A stretch of DNA of 64,000 nt from positions 712 through 64,711 of IMG/VR virus record IMGVR_UViG_3300034356_001766; one strand, written 5' to 3'. Source of the stretch: a virus. Lineage: Duplodnaviria; Caudoviricetes. A program made the translations under genes and the position numbers. This document shows, piece after piece, positions 9,482-18,620 of this stretch. Below the pieces are notes generated by a model. That model searched no databases. It was not told where the DNA came from and saw nothing but the letters and a program-made list of their open reading frames with translations. The first letter of the stretch is position 1, and each line of letters starts with the position of its first letter.

Positions 9482-9514
9482 AGGATTAAGCTACTATCCT
9501 AATCATACTGTAGC
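9482..9514 (+). promoter_or_regulatory. Candidate H-type pseudoknot upstream of queC
   Basis: AGGAT(9482-86)/ATCCT(9496-9500) and GCTAC(9490-94)/GTAGC(9510-14). Confidence 0.45.
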
Positions 9515-9532
9515 AGTTTTAATTAAAGTTAT

Positions 9533-10465
9533 ATGGAAATAGAAAATAAAGTAGGATGTCACTGCGTAGTGAGTCTATCCGGAGGAATGGATTCCTCTAC
9601 GTTGCTGCTTAAGGCATTAACTGAATTTGATACTGTCACGGCAGTTTCATTTGACTACGGTCAAAAGCACAGAGTAGAGCTTGATCGAGCTCAAGATTTG
9701 GTAAACTATCTAAATGGCAGAGCTGATGAGACTAAGTATAAAAGTGATTTAGCAGAAGTTATTATGCATCACTTCCCTAAAGTCAACTACCAGGTAATTA
9801 AGCTTGATGGCCTGAGCCAGCTCCTAAACTCGGCCCTAGTAACAGGAGGTGCCGAAGTTCCGGAAGGTCACTACGCATCCGAGAATATGAAAGCGACAGT
9901 AGTACCTAACAGAAACAAAATTTTTAGCTCAATCACCCAAGCCATCGCTTTATCTATAGCAAATGAAAAACAAGAAGACTGCTCCATCGCCCTTGGAATC
10001 CACGCCGGAGACCATGCCATCTACCCTGACTGCAGACAAGAGTTCAGAGACGCTGACGACCACGCATTTCGTATGGGTAACTGGGATAGCGATCGGGTAT
10101 CTTATTGGACTCCTTACCTGGATGGTGATAAGTTCACTATCCTAGAAGACGGAGAGAAGTTGTGTAAGGAGCTAGGGCTTGACTTTGATGAAGTATATTC
10201 ACGCACTAATACTTCCTACAAGCCAATCCTTCTAGAGGTAGAATCAGACACCCCAGGAAAAAAAGTAATGAATGTAGGTATGTGGAATCAAGGCTACTAC
10301 AAATGGTACTCAGATTATAAATCAGCTTCATCAGTAGAACGAGTTGAAGCATTTATCAAGCTAGGGCGTCCCGATCCTGCACCTTATGCTGATGAGACCG
10401 GCCCTGTGACTTGGGAGCACGTAGTAGGGGAAGTCTCAAAGGTTCTTGCAGCTGTAGAGAAATAA
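9533..10465 (+). CDS. queC: 7-cyano-7-deazaguanine synthase
   Basis: SGGMDS, FDYGQKH, TVVPNRN and YPDCR motifs; the C-terminal Zn cysteines are absent (TNTSYKP...SDYKSASSVER). Confidence 0.95.
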   Translation: MEIENKVGCHCVVSLSGGMDSSTLLLKALTEFDTVTAVSFDYGQKHRVELDRAQDLVNYLNGRADETKYKSDLAEVIMHHFPKVNYQVIKLDGLSQLLNSALVTGGAEVPEGHYASENMKATVVPNRNKIFSSITQAIALSIANEKQEDCSIALGIHAGDHAIYPDCRQEFRDADDHAFRMGNWDSDRVSYWTPYLDGDKFTILEDGEKLCKELGLDFDEVYSRTNTSYKPILLEVESDTPGKKVMNVGMWNQGYYKWYSDYKSASSVERVEAFIKLGRPDPAPYADETGPVTWEHVVGEVSKVLAAVEK

Positions 10466-10509
10466 TTTAAAGAGAGCTTGTCTCTCCCACTATTTATAAC
10501 TATATTTAG

Positions 10510-10538
10510 AGTGTCGGAGCACCACTATAAAAACACCC
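10510..10538 (+). ncRNA. preQ1-I-riboswitch-like aptamer, copy 1
   Basis: AGTG-TCGGAGCAC-CACT-ATAAAAACA-CCC; starts just after promoter TATATTTA (10501-08) and ends 1 nt before ATG 10540. Confidence 0.55.
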
Positions 10539-10539
10539 A

Positions 10540-11133
10540 ATGAAAAAGTTACTTCTATTTTTGCCCTTAATCTGGGCTTGTGAAACGATCGAGCCAGCTG
10601 CTCCTGAGCCATGCCAGGAATGCATCACCTCCCATCGCGTGGACACAGTCCAGCATCCCGGCACCTACCTCCAGGACGGATACTGGCATTTAAAGTACTC
10701 CGGCCTTATCTACTTCCAGGTCATAGGTCAGCTAGATTCCATACATCCTAGATATGTTATAAATGGAGTACCCTTATTAGAAGTAACATATGATAGCGAT
10801 ACCTGGTATGTGTTTGATACCATTGCTATGCAAATACCTCTATACTCTCCTTTTACCTCACAGTACACCTCCCCGAACTTTAACTACCCCATCTCGGTAG
10901 GAGATACTACGATCTATATCACCAATCCTAACTACATTGTAAATGCGGTAGGGTACTCGTTCGGGAGTACAAATTTTGTAAATGCTATGCATACATACCA
11001 GCCCCGGTGCGAGGTCCTAGTATTCGAAGAAATGATTGGAGATACGATCTCAGTTTTCATCCGCACACGGTACAACTACGATACCGGTAAACAAAAAATA
11101 GTAGGAGACACACTTAAAGTTATAATAGAATGA
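10540..11133 (+). CDS. Predicted lipoprotein of unknown function
   Basis: MKKLLLFLPLIWAC lipobox. Confidence 0.7.
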   Translation: MKKLLLFLPLIWACETIEPAAPEPCQECITSHRVDTVQHPGTYLQDGYWHLKYSGLIYFQVIGQLDSIHPRYVINGVPLLEVTYDSDTWYVFDTIAMQIPLYSPFTSQYTSPNFNYPISVGDTTIYITNPNYIVNAVGYSFGSTNFVNAMHTYQPRCEVLVFEEMIGDTISVFIRTRYNYDTGKQKIVGDTLKVIIE

Positions 11134-11387
11134 GCAAAAAACAGCTGCTGACCGAACCGGTCCTCCCTAAGGAGAGAATCCTTACTTCCAGGTTCCTGAA
11201 CCCTGAATTTGTACACACCACAAAGAGTCTAGAGAAGATGCCTGACCAGAAGTGGCACCAGATCATCTCCTTCATCAAGTCCGGAGTGAGGATTGTAGGT
11301 TACGGAATCATTCCTTTCGATTTGGTAGCTGCGGCGATCGTTCTTATATTTAGTGAAGTGATCGGCATTATCGAAGAACTGGTTTAA
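11130..11387 (+). CDS. Small membrane protein
   Basis: H..ISFIKSGVRI...EVIGIIEELV hydrophobic C-terminus. Confidence 0.65.
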   Translation: MSKKQLLTEPVLPKERILTSRFLNPEFVHTTKSLEKMPDQKWHQIISFIKSGVRIVGYGIIPFDLVAAAIVLIFSEVIGIIEELV

Positions 11388-11397
11388 AATTATTAAA

Positions 11398-11859
11398 ATG
11401 AGTTATCAAGCAACTAAAGTATTTGACGGCTACTCGACGGTGTTCCGTCAATGGAAAGCTGAAGGGACTCACTGCCGATTCCTACACGGGTACGGAGTAA
11501 GTCTCAAGGTATGGTTCGAAGGCGAACTAGACGAAAGGAACTGGGTATGGGATTTCGGAGGTATGAAACGTGCTGTAGGTAATATAGACGGAATGAATCC
11601 TAAGACATGGATGGATTATATGCTCGATCATACCACCATTATAGCCGAAGATGATCCTGAGCTTGAAAACTTTAAAGCAATGCACGAGAGAGGACTTATT
11701 CAGTTGAGAGTCATCCCTGCTACGGGAGCAGAACGCTTTGCAGAATACTTCTACGGGAAGTTAAACGATTTCGTCCAGGCTGAGACCCAGCACCGGGTGA
11801 GAGTAGTCCAGGTAGAGTTCCGGGAGCATGAGAAGAATACAGCAATTTATAAATCATAA
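11398..11859 (+). CDS. queD: 6-carboxy-5,6,7,8-tetrahydropterin synthase
   Basis: HCRFLHGY, WDFG, LDHT and E..KNTA motifs. Confidence 0.92.
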   Translation: MSYQATKVFDGYSTVFRQWKAEGTHCRFLHGYGVSLKVWFEGELDERNWVWDFGGMKRAVGNIDGMNPKTWMDYMLDHTTIIAEDDPELENFKAMHERGLIQLRVIPATGAERFAEYFYGKLNDFVQAETQHRVRVVQVEFREHEKNTAIYKS

Positions 11860-11861
11860 CC

Positions 11862-12644
11862 ATGGCATTAAAGAGAGTTGAAGATTATAGTAAGATTCTA
11901 CCTATTGTAGAGCTTTATACCTGTATACAGTCGGAAGGTTCAAGAGCAGGTAGACCGACTGTCGCCGTTAGGACTACCGGCTGTACTCACCGCTGCTACT
12001 TCGGTGAAGGGGGCTGGTGCGATTCTTGGTATACTAGTATCCATCCTGAGAAAGGTAAATATAGTTTTCAAGATATTATTAATATTTACGATGCTAATCC
12101 TGAAATTAAGGAGATGATGCTTACGGGAGGTTCTCCTACTATGCACCCCGCAATCGTGAACGAACTAACTCACTTTGCAAATGAAAGGCAAATCATCATT
12201 ACTATTGAGACTGAAGGCTCTGCTTTCCTCGAAACTGATTACCCTATTGGCCTTATTAGCTTCAGCCCTAAATTTAGTAATAGCGTACCTGTTTTGGGAG
12301 CTACTACACCCTTAGGAAGTACTGTAGATCAAAAGTTTATCGATACTCATAATCGCTTTAGACTCAATAAAGATTCTATTAAGCAGTCAATGGCTTACCA
12401 TTCTGACTATCATATGAAGGTAGTTGTTAATCCAGTTGAACATCCAGATGTTTGGACTGAGATTAGATCATTTATGGATGAGCTAGAGGTACCAAAAGAC
12501 AAGATATGGATTATGCCCCCGGGTGATAATCGTGAAGAACTAATCCGTGTTTACCCTATGGTGATTAATTGGTGTACTGCTAATATGTACAACTTCACAG
12601 GCCGGGAACATATCATTGCTTTTGATACTAAAAGAGAAGTCTAA
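11862..12644 (+). CDS. queE: 7-carboxy-7-deazaguanine synthase (radical SAM)
   Basis: IQSEG, RTTGC-x3-C-x7-CDS (expanded cluster motif), TGGSP, IETEG and SPK. Confidence 0.93.
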   Translation: MALKRVEDYSKILPIVELYTCIQSEGSRAGRPTVAVRTTGCTHRCYFGEGGWCDSWYTSIHPEKGKYSFQDIINIYDANPEIKEMMLTGGSPTMHPAIVNELTHFANERQIIITIETEGSAFLETDYPIGLISFSPKFSNSVPVLGATTPLGSTVDQKFIDTHNRFRLNKDSIKQSMAYHSDYHMKVVVNPVEHPDVWTEIRSFMDELEVPKDKIWIMPPGDNREELIRVYPMVINWCTANMYNFTGREHIIAFDTKREV

Positions 12645-12823
12645 TGCCTTACATAATTCTTAAACACACCACCATCAACGGTAGTCCCAGGACTATCCTT
12701 GTAAACGATAGTGAAGGAATTTGTATGGAGTTTACCACTTTTGAAAGTGCTGCTAAGCTAGCAGAGCTTTTCCAGGCCAACTCTACCTCCGGGAATATCT
12801 ACGAAATAAAAGAGCTAAAATAA
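12644..12823 (+). CDS. Small hypothetical protein (59 aa)
   Basis: Hand translation MPYIILKHTTING...IYEIKELK; start overlaps the queE stop. Confidence 0.5.
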   Translation: MPYIILKHTTINGSPRTILVNDSEGICMEFTTFESAAKLAELFQANSTSGNIYEIKELK

Positions 12824-13002
12824 TGCCGCACAACTACCTTCAGGTACTTCATCAGCTATGGGCTCTTAAGATCCTAGAACCTTCCGGCATCATAGCCGCT
12901 ATACATCCTTACGGATACAGACTAAACTACATCACCCTTGACGGTTTAGGGGTAGAGAGTGAGAATGAAAAGTTTCAATTCAAGCACGGAGTCCGGTAAA
13001 GC

Positions 13003-13191
13003 ATGAAACTCGGAGAGACAATAAACGTAGGAGATGATTGGTACAAAATTTTTAGAACAGTTAGAGAAGATCGCCAATGGGATGCTGAACTTCTTAAACA
13101 GTACTGGTTTTGTACACATACCTTCCGTAAGGATGGTGTGCTCTATTTTTGTAGAGAGATACCGAAAGTTGAATTTGAAGAAATAATTTAG
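13003..13191 (+). CDS. Small hypothetical protein
   Basis: ORF in array. Confidence 0.55.
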   Translation: MKLGETINVGDDWYKIFRTVREDRQWDAELLKQYWFCTHTFRKDGVLYFCREIPKVEFEEII

Positions 13192-13275
13192 TGTTTTTAG
13201 AAACTAACTTAATATGAAACGTTTTATCAACAAACTTATAAGAGCATTTTTTAAATTTATTCAATACCACTAGCA

Positions 13276-13869
13276 ATGAAAAAATTACTACTCCTACTTT
13301 TACTTCCTATCTCTCTTTTTGCACAGCTACGAGATAGCGTCTATTTCAACAATACCCATTTCGTTATAAACTACTCCGAAACTCTGGAAGGACCAAGATC
13401 TATTCGATATACGGTACTGTGTCCAACCGGGACAGCCTCAAGATCGGGTATGGAATTCTATAAGGAGAAAAAGATTCATACTTCAGACCACAAAGATTAT
13501 GAAGCAAATGTATGGGATAAAGGACATATGGTTCCTGCTGCATCATTCAACTGCAACCGAGATATGCTATTCTCTACCTTTACTTATATAAACTCTAGCT
13601 TGCAGCACCAAAGCCTTAACAGAGGAGTTTGGAAGAAGCTCGAGGTCCGGGAAAGAGAATTAGCTACAAAAGGAAGTTTAAGGGTCTTTATTAGAATAGA
13701 GTACCCGACTGAACCCGTCAGAGTTACTACCGGTGCTGCTATACCTTTAGGGTACTACAAAGAAATAAAAGTTGGAAATAACAGAGAATGTTACTATTTT
13801 AAGAACGTGCAACCGAACACATCAGATCTTCAGACTTATAAATGCCCATGCAGAAATGTTATTAAATAA
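13276..13869 (+). CDS. Secreted DNA/RNA non-specific endonuclease
   Basis: Signal peptide, WDKGHMVPA and LNRGVWKKLE motifs. Confidence 0.9.
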   Translation: MKKLLLLLLLPISLFAQLRDSVYFNNTHFVINYSETLEGPRSIRYTVLCPTGTASRSGMEFYKEKKIHTSDHKDYEANVWDKGHMVPAASFNCNRDMLFSTFTYINSSLQHQSLNRGVWKKLEVRERELATKGSLRVFIRIEYPTEPVRVTTGAAIPLGYYKEIKVGNNRECYYFKNVQPNTSDLQTYKCPCRNVIK

Positions 13870-14375
13870 TGCGTAACCTTTTTACACCTCAGGAAATAGA
13901 TCTTAAGATTAAGATAATAGCTAAAAAGATTTCTGCCGAACACCAGGGAGATAAAACTCCCGTAGTCATGGTAGGGCTTCTCAATGGAGCGTTTATGTTC
14001 TACTCAGACTTAGTACGTAATCTATCAATTGACGTAGAGTGTGATTTTATAAGAGTCAAAAGCTATACAGCCCAGTTTAAGCAAGGTGATATCAAGATAC
14101 TTAAGGACTTAGAGACTCCTATCAAAGGTAAGCACGTATACTTGGTAGATGATATATATGATACCGGCACTACTATGAAAGCACTAATTGAGTACCTAGA
14201 GGTTAAGAAGCCTGCCTCTATCTCGATTGTAACTCTACTTCGTAGAGAAACTTCTCCGACTCCGGAACAAACCTCCTACCATGCCTTGTCTATCAAAGAT
14301 GAATGGGTGGTGGGTTACGGGATGGATGATGAAAACGGTTATTCAAGAAATTTAGATGGAGTGTTTGCACTCTGA
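13869..14375 (+). CDS. hpt: Hypoxanthine/guanine phosphoribosyltransferase-like protein
   Basis: GLLNGAFMFYSDL, YLVDDIYDTGTT and WVVGYGMD motifs. Confidence 0.92.
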   Translation: MRNLFTPQEIDLKIKIIAKKISAEHQGDKTPVVMVGLLNGAFMFYSDLVRNLSIDVECDFIRVKSYTAQFKQGDIKILKDLETPIKGKHVYLVDDIYDTGTTMKALIEYLEVKKPASISIVTLLRRETSPTPEQTSYHALSIKDEWVVGYGMDDENGYSRNLDGVFAL

Positions 14376-14399
14376 GATAAGTTTCGTATATTGTACAAC

Positions 14400-14428
14400 G
14401 GTGTCGTAGCACCACCTTAAAAACACTA
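14400..14428 (+). ncRNA. preQ1-I-riboswitch-like aptamer, copy 2, upstream of folE
   Basis: GGTG-TCGTAGCAC-CACC-TTAAAAACA-CTA; loop TAG can pair with tail CTA; lies between promoter TATATTGT (14387) and ATG 14435. Confidence 0.65.
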
Positions 14429-14434
14429 ATTAAT

Positions 14435-15145
14435 ATGGCAGATAAAAAGCACTATGATGTTGAACTAGCTAAAGCCGGGTTCGCTAACGGCATCTCTACC
14501 CAGCTCGCTGATAAGTTCAAGAAGCATAAGATGATCGATATTCATCTTTCCGAGCAGGAGAAACACGCCATCATCCAAGACGCTGCACAGGCGTTTGGAA
14601 AGTTCCTAGATGCGCTAGGTGTTGACTGGAAGAACGATCCTAACTCCTCCGACACCCCTAACCGAGTTGCTAAGGCTTACGTAAACGATTTATGGGCTGG
14701 ACGATTCAATCCTATGCCCGCTATCACGGCATTCCCTGCCGACGACTACGACGGGATAGTCTTTGAAGGTAATATTCCTTTGACCTCTATGTGCTCCCAC
14801 CACCACCAAGCCATTCAAGGCCGGGTTCATATCGCTTATATCCCAGGTCCAGGCGGTAAAGTGATCGGGCTATCTAAACTAAACCGGGTAGTAGAGCATT
14901 TCGGCCGCCGAGGAGCAATCCAGGAACAGCTTACAGTCGCCATCCATAACGCAGTCAATACCGTTTGCGAAGATAACATCGGTGTAGCTGTTATGATTGA
15001 AGCTACTCACAACTGTGTTTCCTGCAGAGGAACAAAACACGCAGGAGCCTCTATGAAAACTTCTAAGTTATCAGGAAGCTTCTTAAACGAAGACTCAGCC
15101 CGTGCTGAATTTTATGAATTTGTAAAAGGATACTCATGCAAGTAA
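14435..15145 (+). CDS. folE: GTP cyclohydrolase I
   Basis: DTPNRVAK, SMCSHH, GLSKLNR, IQEQLT and HNCVSCRG motifs. Confidence 0.97.
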   Translation: MADKKHYDVELAKAGFANGISTQLADKFKKHKMIDIHLSEQEKHAIIQDAAQAFGKFLDALGVDWKNDPNSSDTPNRVAKAYVNDLWAGRFNPMPAITAFPADDYDGIVFEGNIPLTSMCSHHHQAIQGRVHIAYIPGPGGKVIGLSKLNRVVEHFGRRGAIQEQLTVAIHNAVNTVCEDNIGVAVMIEATHNCVSCRGTKHAGASMKTSKLSGSFLNEDSARAEFYEFVKGYSCK

Positions 15146-15639
15146 AAAGAGTAAAATTTGTTGATGAAGTAGAAGTATTCAACAAAACGTTCGGTAAGCC
15201 TAACAACTACACCCCTACCGTCCCTAATGATAAAAAGCTTACTGACTTTGTAGTTAGCTTTATTAGAGAGGAGACTGATGAACTTGAGCAGGCCATCAAG
15301 GATAAAGATATCGTTGAGGTACTGGACGCGATATGTGATCTTCTGTATGTCGCAGTCGGTAATGCTACTATGGTCTTCGGACTCAAGGATAAGCTAGTCC
15401 CGGCCTACGCCGAGGTACAAGCCTCGAATATGTCTAAGAGCTGTGCTACTGTTGAAGAAGCTGTAGCTACCATCAATGAGAGATCTAAAGAGCATGGGGA
15501 GTGTTACTTCCGAAAGGTTGGTAGCCGATATGTTGTCTATCGGAAGTCTGACGATAAGGTTATGAAGTCCATAAACTACTTCGCCCCTAACCTCGAGCAA
15601 TTCTTTACCGAAGAAGAAATTAAAAAAGCCAAGCAATGA
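15136..15639 (+). CDS. MazG-like all-alpha NTP pyrophosphohydrolase (PRA-PH/DR2231-like)
   Basis: IREETDEL, EVLDAICDLLYV, EVQASNMSK and KVMKS motifs. Confidence 0.85.
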   Translation: MQVKRVKFVDEVEVFNKTFGKPNNYTPTVPNDKKLTDFVVSFIREETDELEQAIKDKDIVEVLDAICDLLYVAVGNATMVFGLKDKLVPAYAEVQASNMSKSCATVEEAVATINERSKEHGECYFRKVGSRYVVYRKSDDKVMKSINYFAPNLEQFFTEEEIKKAKQ

Positions 15640-15824
15640 CACCCCAGGAATTAATCGATCAAAATAAAACTTTCTCAGAAGAGTTGCAGCAATGGATTGT
15701 ACCTCTTATCTTTGTAGACGAAGCTCTTAGGATGAAAACTGCTCAGGAGGTCGACCAGAGTATTAAACAGCTTGAAGAAGTAATGCAAGAATTAAATTCA
15801 GTAATTAATAAGATAAATGATTAA
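15636..15824 (+). CDS. Small hypothetical protein
   Basis: Overlaps both neighbours. Confidence 0.55.
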   Translation: MTPQELIDQNKTFSEELQQWIVPLIFVDEALRMKTAQEVDQSIKQLEEVMQELNSVINKIND

Positions 15825-16647
15825 GATAGCTCATGAAGCTCCAAAAGCCATCTTCGGTAAGATGCAAGAACTTACTGATTACGATTATGCTTTAGTGCAT
15901 CTCTTTGAAGAAGATCCTGAATACCTTCAGCAGTTCAAAGACGCTTTAGCAGCAGGCAGGGAGGTTATCTTAGATAATTCTATCTTTGAACTTGAAGAAG
16001 CTTTTGATGCCGAACGTTTTACTTACTGGATCAACGAACTTAAGCCAACCTGGTATATTGTTCCTGATGCATTAGAGAACGTAAAGAAGACTATGTCTAA
16101 TATGGCAGAGTGGAATGTTAGGTATGCTCACAAAGTACCCGTTGAATGTAAGAAGATTGGGGTTGTGCAGGGTAAGACTTATACCGAGCTCGCTAACTGC
16201 TACGATCACATGATCAATTCAGCTCAAGTTGATATGGTTGCTATCTCTTTTGACTACAGTTACTACGAGGAGAAGTTTCCTCACCCTAATAAGTACGTCA
16301 GCTGGATGCTGGGTAGGGTTCAGCTACTAGGTCGGATGCTTAAAGACGGAGTAATTAATACTGATATGCCTCATCACCTTCTAGGTTGCGGACTACCTCA
16401 AGAGTTTCAATTTTACCGCGAAGCTAATTATGATTGGATTTACTCCTTGGATACTTCCAACCCAGTAGTCCACGGCCTGAAAGAGGTCTACTACAAGGAT
16501 CAGGGGCTATGGAATAAAGAATCTCAGAAACTCTTTACCATGATTAACTCTGAAGTAACTTCTACTCAGATGGAGGTCATTCGTCATAATGTCTCACGCT
16601 TTAGATGGTTTGCAAATGGAAACGCGCAAGTGGGTAGCATTCTTTAG
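15817..16647 (+). CDS. TGT-fold TIM-barrel protein, DpdA3-like 7-deazaguanine insertion enzyme
   Basis: ILDNS, IVPD, GVVQG, HLLG and SLDTSNP motifs typical of TGT/DpdA relatives; lies inside the que cluster. Confidence 0.75.
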   Translation: MIKIAHEAPKAIFGKMQELTDYDYALVHLFEEDPEYLQQFKDALAAGREVILDNSIFELEEAFDAERFTYWINELKPTWYIVPDALENVKKTMSNMAEWNVRYAHKVPVECKKIGVVQGKTYTELANCYDHMINSAQVDMVAISFDYSYYEEKFPHPNKYVSWMLGRVQLLGRMLKDGVINTDMPHHLLGCGLPQEFQFYREANYDWIYSLDTSNPVVHGLKEVYYKDQGLWNKESQKLFTMINSEVTSTQMEVIRHNVSRFRWFANGNAQVGSIL

Positions 16648-17152
16648 TCAGACTGGTTCCGAGATCGTTCAGATCTCAGAAGCACTGGGCCGATGGCCGG
16701 ATATGATTATTACCAATCGCCGGCCTGAGTCTGCTAGGATTATTAATTCCGGGATACCTGAAGATAAGATTTATTATACCTCCAATAGTCCTGAGGGGTA
16801 TGAGTATTTTCATTACCTCTGTCAGGTACAAGATCCGATAGTTACTCTTCACGGATGGCTGAGAGTAGTACCAGAGGAAATTTGTACTAATTACGAGATG
16901 TATAACGGACATCCAGGACTTATAACCAAGTACCCTGAACTCAAAGGTAAAGATCCTCAGATCCGAGCCTTCCAAGGAAATTATAACACAGGAGGTTGCG
17001 TTATTCATAAAGTAACTCCCGGGGTAGACGAAGGAGAGATCCTTATGGAAAGAGAAGTAGGAATCAGGCTGTTGGATCATGAGGGTTTATTTCGTATCTT
17101 GCATAAGACTTCGGTAGATATGTGGGTAGAATTCCTTAAAGAAAGGTTATGA
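16616..17152 (+). CDS. PurN-like formyltransferase (DpdN-like preQ1 formyltransferase)
   Basis: FFSQTGS, GWLRVV, YNGHPGL and GCVIHKVTPGVDEGEI motifs. Confidence 0.85.
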   Translation: METRKWVAFFSQTGSEIVQISEALGRWPDMIITNRRPESARIINSGIPEDKIYYTSNSPEGYEYFHYLCQVQDPIVTLHGWLRVVPEEICTNYEMYNGHPGLITKYPELKGKDPQIRAFQGNYNTGGCVIHKVTPGVDEGEILMEREVGIRLLDHEGLFRILHKTSVDMWVEFLKERL

Positions 17153-17667
17153 TTAAGAGATTGGCATTAGTAGGGGCTAGCAGTACCGGTAAAACGACTG
17201 TGTATGAGCTGCTTAAGAATCAGCTCCCTAAGTGGGAGTTTGTAAATGAAAGTACCCGGAGGGTAGCTCGGTATGGCTTCCCTATCAATGAACTCGGCAC
17301 TACCGAAACTCAGTTAGCTATCTCAAGCTTTCATCTAGAGGCATTACTCAAACCTTACAACCTGATCTTAGACCGCTGCTACTTAGACTTAGTAGTTTAC
17401 TCCCGTCATATGCCCGGACTCTCCCAGTCCGGTCTAGAGTACATAGAAGATACTTGGAAGAGAGTCCAGGATGAATATACCCACTATATTTATTTCCCTA
17501 TCGAGTTCCAGGCGATCGATGACGGAGAAAGAAGTGTTGACGAAGATTGGAGAAAGATCATCGATCAAGAATTTAAATACCAGTTGGATCAGACTGACAG
17601 GCATTACCTGGCTGTGACCGGCTCACCTATGCAGAGAATAAATCAAATCCTTAAATACATTAAATAA
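17149..17667 (+). CDS. P-loop nucleotide kinase-like protein (AAA_28/NadR type)
   Basis: GASSTGKTT, LDRCYLD and DDGER motifs. Confidence 0.8.
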   Translation: MIKRLALVGASSTGKTTVYELLKNQLPKWEFVNESTRRVARYGFPINELGTTETQLAISSFHLEALLKPYNLILDRCYLDLVVYSRHMPGLSQSGLEYIEDTWKRVQDEYTHYIYFPIEFQAIDDGERSVDEDWRKIIDQEFKYQLDQTDRHYLAVTGSPMQRINQILKYIK

Positions 17668-18581
17668 TGGACCATAATAAGAACCAAAGTGCAGTTGTAG
17701 AGATTGCAAGCAAACACCTCGGCCAGGTAGGAGGTGCCGGGTACTCCGATCAGTACGATCCTTCGCTGCTGGTTGCGATCCCACGTTACCTAAACCGAGA
17801 GGCTTACGGCATCAAAGAAGAGAGCCTACCTTTTATAGGAGTGGATGTCTGGAATGCTTACGAAGTCTCGGCGATCACTAAGAAAGGATTACCGGTAGCA
17901 GGGATGCTTAAGATTGTATGTCCTGCCGACTCACCTTTCCACGTAGAGTCAAAGTCAATCAAGCTTTACCTAAACTCTTTTAACATGACTGCTTTCGGTG
18001 AGACTGCTAGAGAGTGTATCGAGTTTATCGAAAGTCAGGTCTCTAAAGATCTTACCGACCTCCTGCAAGGAGAGGTGACTTGTAAGTTTTTTACCAGTAA
18101 CGATATTCACGAGTATCAGTTTGTAGAGTTTACTCCCCTCGGTGCTTTGGTTGATCTGGATGCAGTAGAGTTTACTTCCTTCCATTCTGATGCTACCCAG
18201 CTTAAGATCTGGCATACAAAAGAGGATGTAGTAGTTAAGAAGATTGAATCTGATCTACTTAGATCTAATTGCCGGGTGACCAATCAGCCGGATTGGGGTG
18301 ATGTTTATATTCATATGATTGGTAAGAACGTTCCTGATGAGGCATCACTGGCCCAGTACATAGTCTCTCACCGCCAGGTATCTCACTTCCACGAAGAGAT
18401 TTGTGAGATGATCTTTACCCACCTTACTGAGGCTTATCAGCCTGAAGGTCTGATGGTAGCATGTCTTTACACCCGAAGAGGAGGATTGGATATTAACCCT
18501 ATCCGATCAACGCACGCTAATCTGATCCCGGGCTGGTACAAAGATCCTACCAAGCGGATGAAGAAAACTTTACGACAATAA
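17667..18581 (+). CDS. queF: NADPH-dependent preQ0 reductase, two-domain type
   Basis: VESKSIKLYLNSF, RSNCRVTNQPDWG, FHEEICE and YTRRGGLDINP motifs. Confidence 0.96.
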   Translation: MDHNKNQSAVVEIASKHLGQVGGAGYSDQYDPSLLVAIPRYLNREAYGIKEESLPFIGVDVWNAYEVSAITKKGLPVAGMLKIVCPADSPFHVESKSIKLYLNSFNMTAFGETARECIEFIESQVSKDLTDLLQGEVTCKFFTSNDIHEYQFVEFTPLGALVDLDAVEFTSFHSDATQLKIWHTKEDVVVKKIESDLLRSNCRVTNQPDWGDVYIHMIGKNVPDEASLAQYIVSHRQVSHFHEEICEMIFTHLTEAYQPEGLMVACLYTRRGGLDINPIRSTHANLIPGWYKDPTKRMKKTLRQ

Positions 18582-18586
18582 GAGTT

Positions 18587-18608
18587 GGCTCCTTCGGGAG
18601 CCTTTCTT
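18587..18608 (+). terminator. Intrinsic terminator overlapping the polA promoter
   Basis: GGCTCC-TTCG-GGAGCC-TTTCTT; also GTTG(18584)-N20-TATATTTA(18608). Confidence 0.8.
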
Positions 18609-18620
18609 ATATTTAGCTAT

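Noticed and set aside
9533-18581. que genes as host-type tRNA queuosine biosynthesis
   Set aside because: No queA or queG/queH and no canonical Zn-binding tgt; linkage to a formyltransferase, kinase and DNA polymerase favours DNA modification
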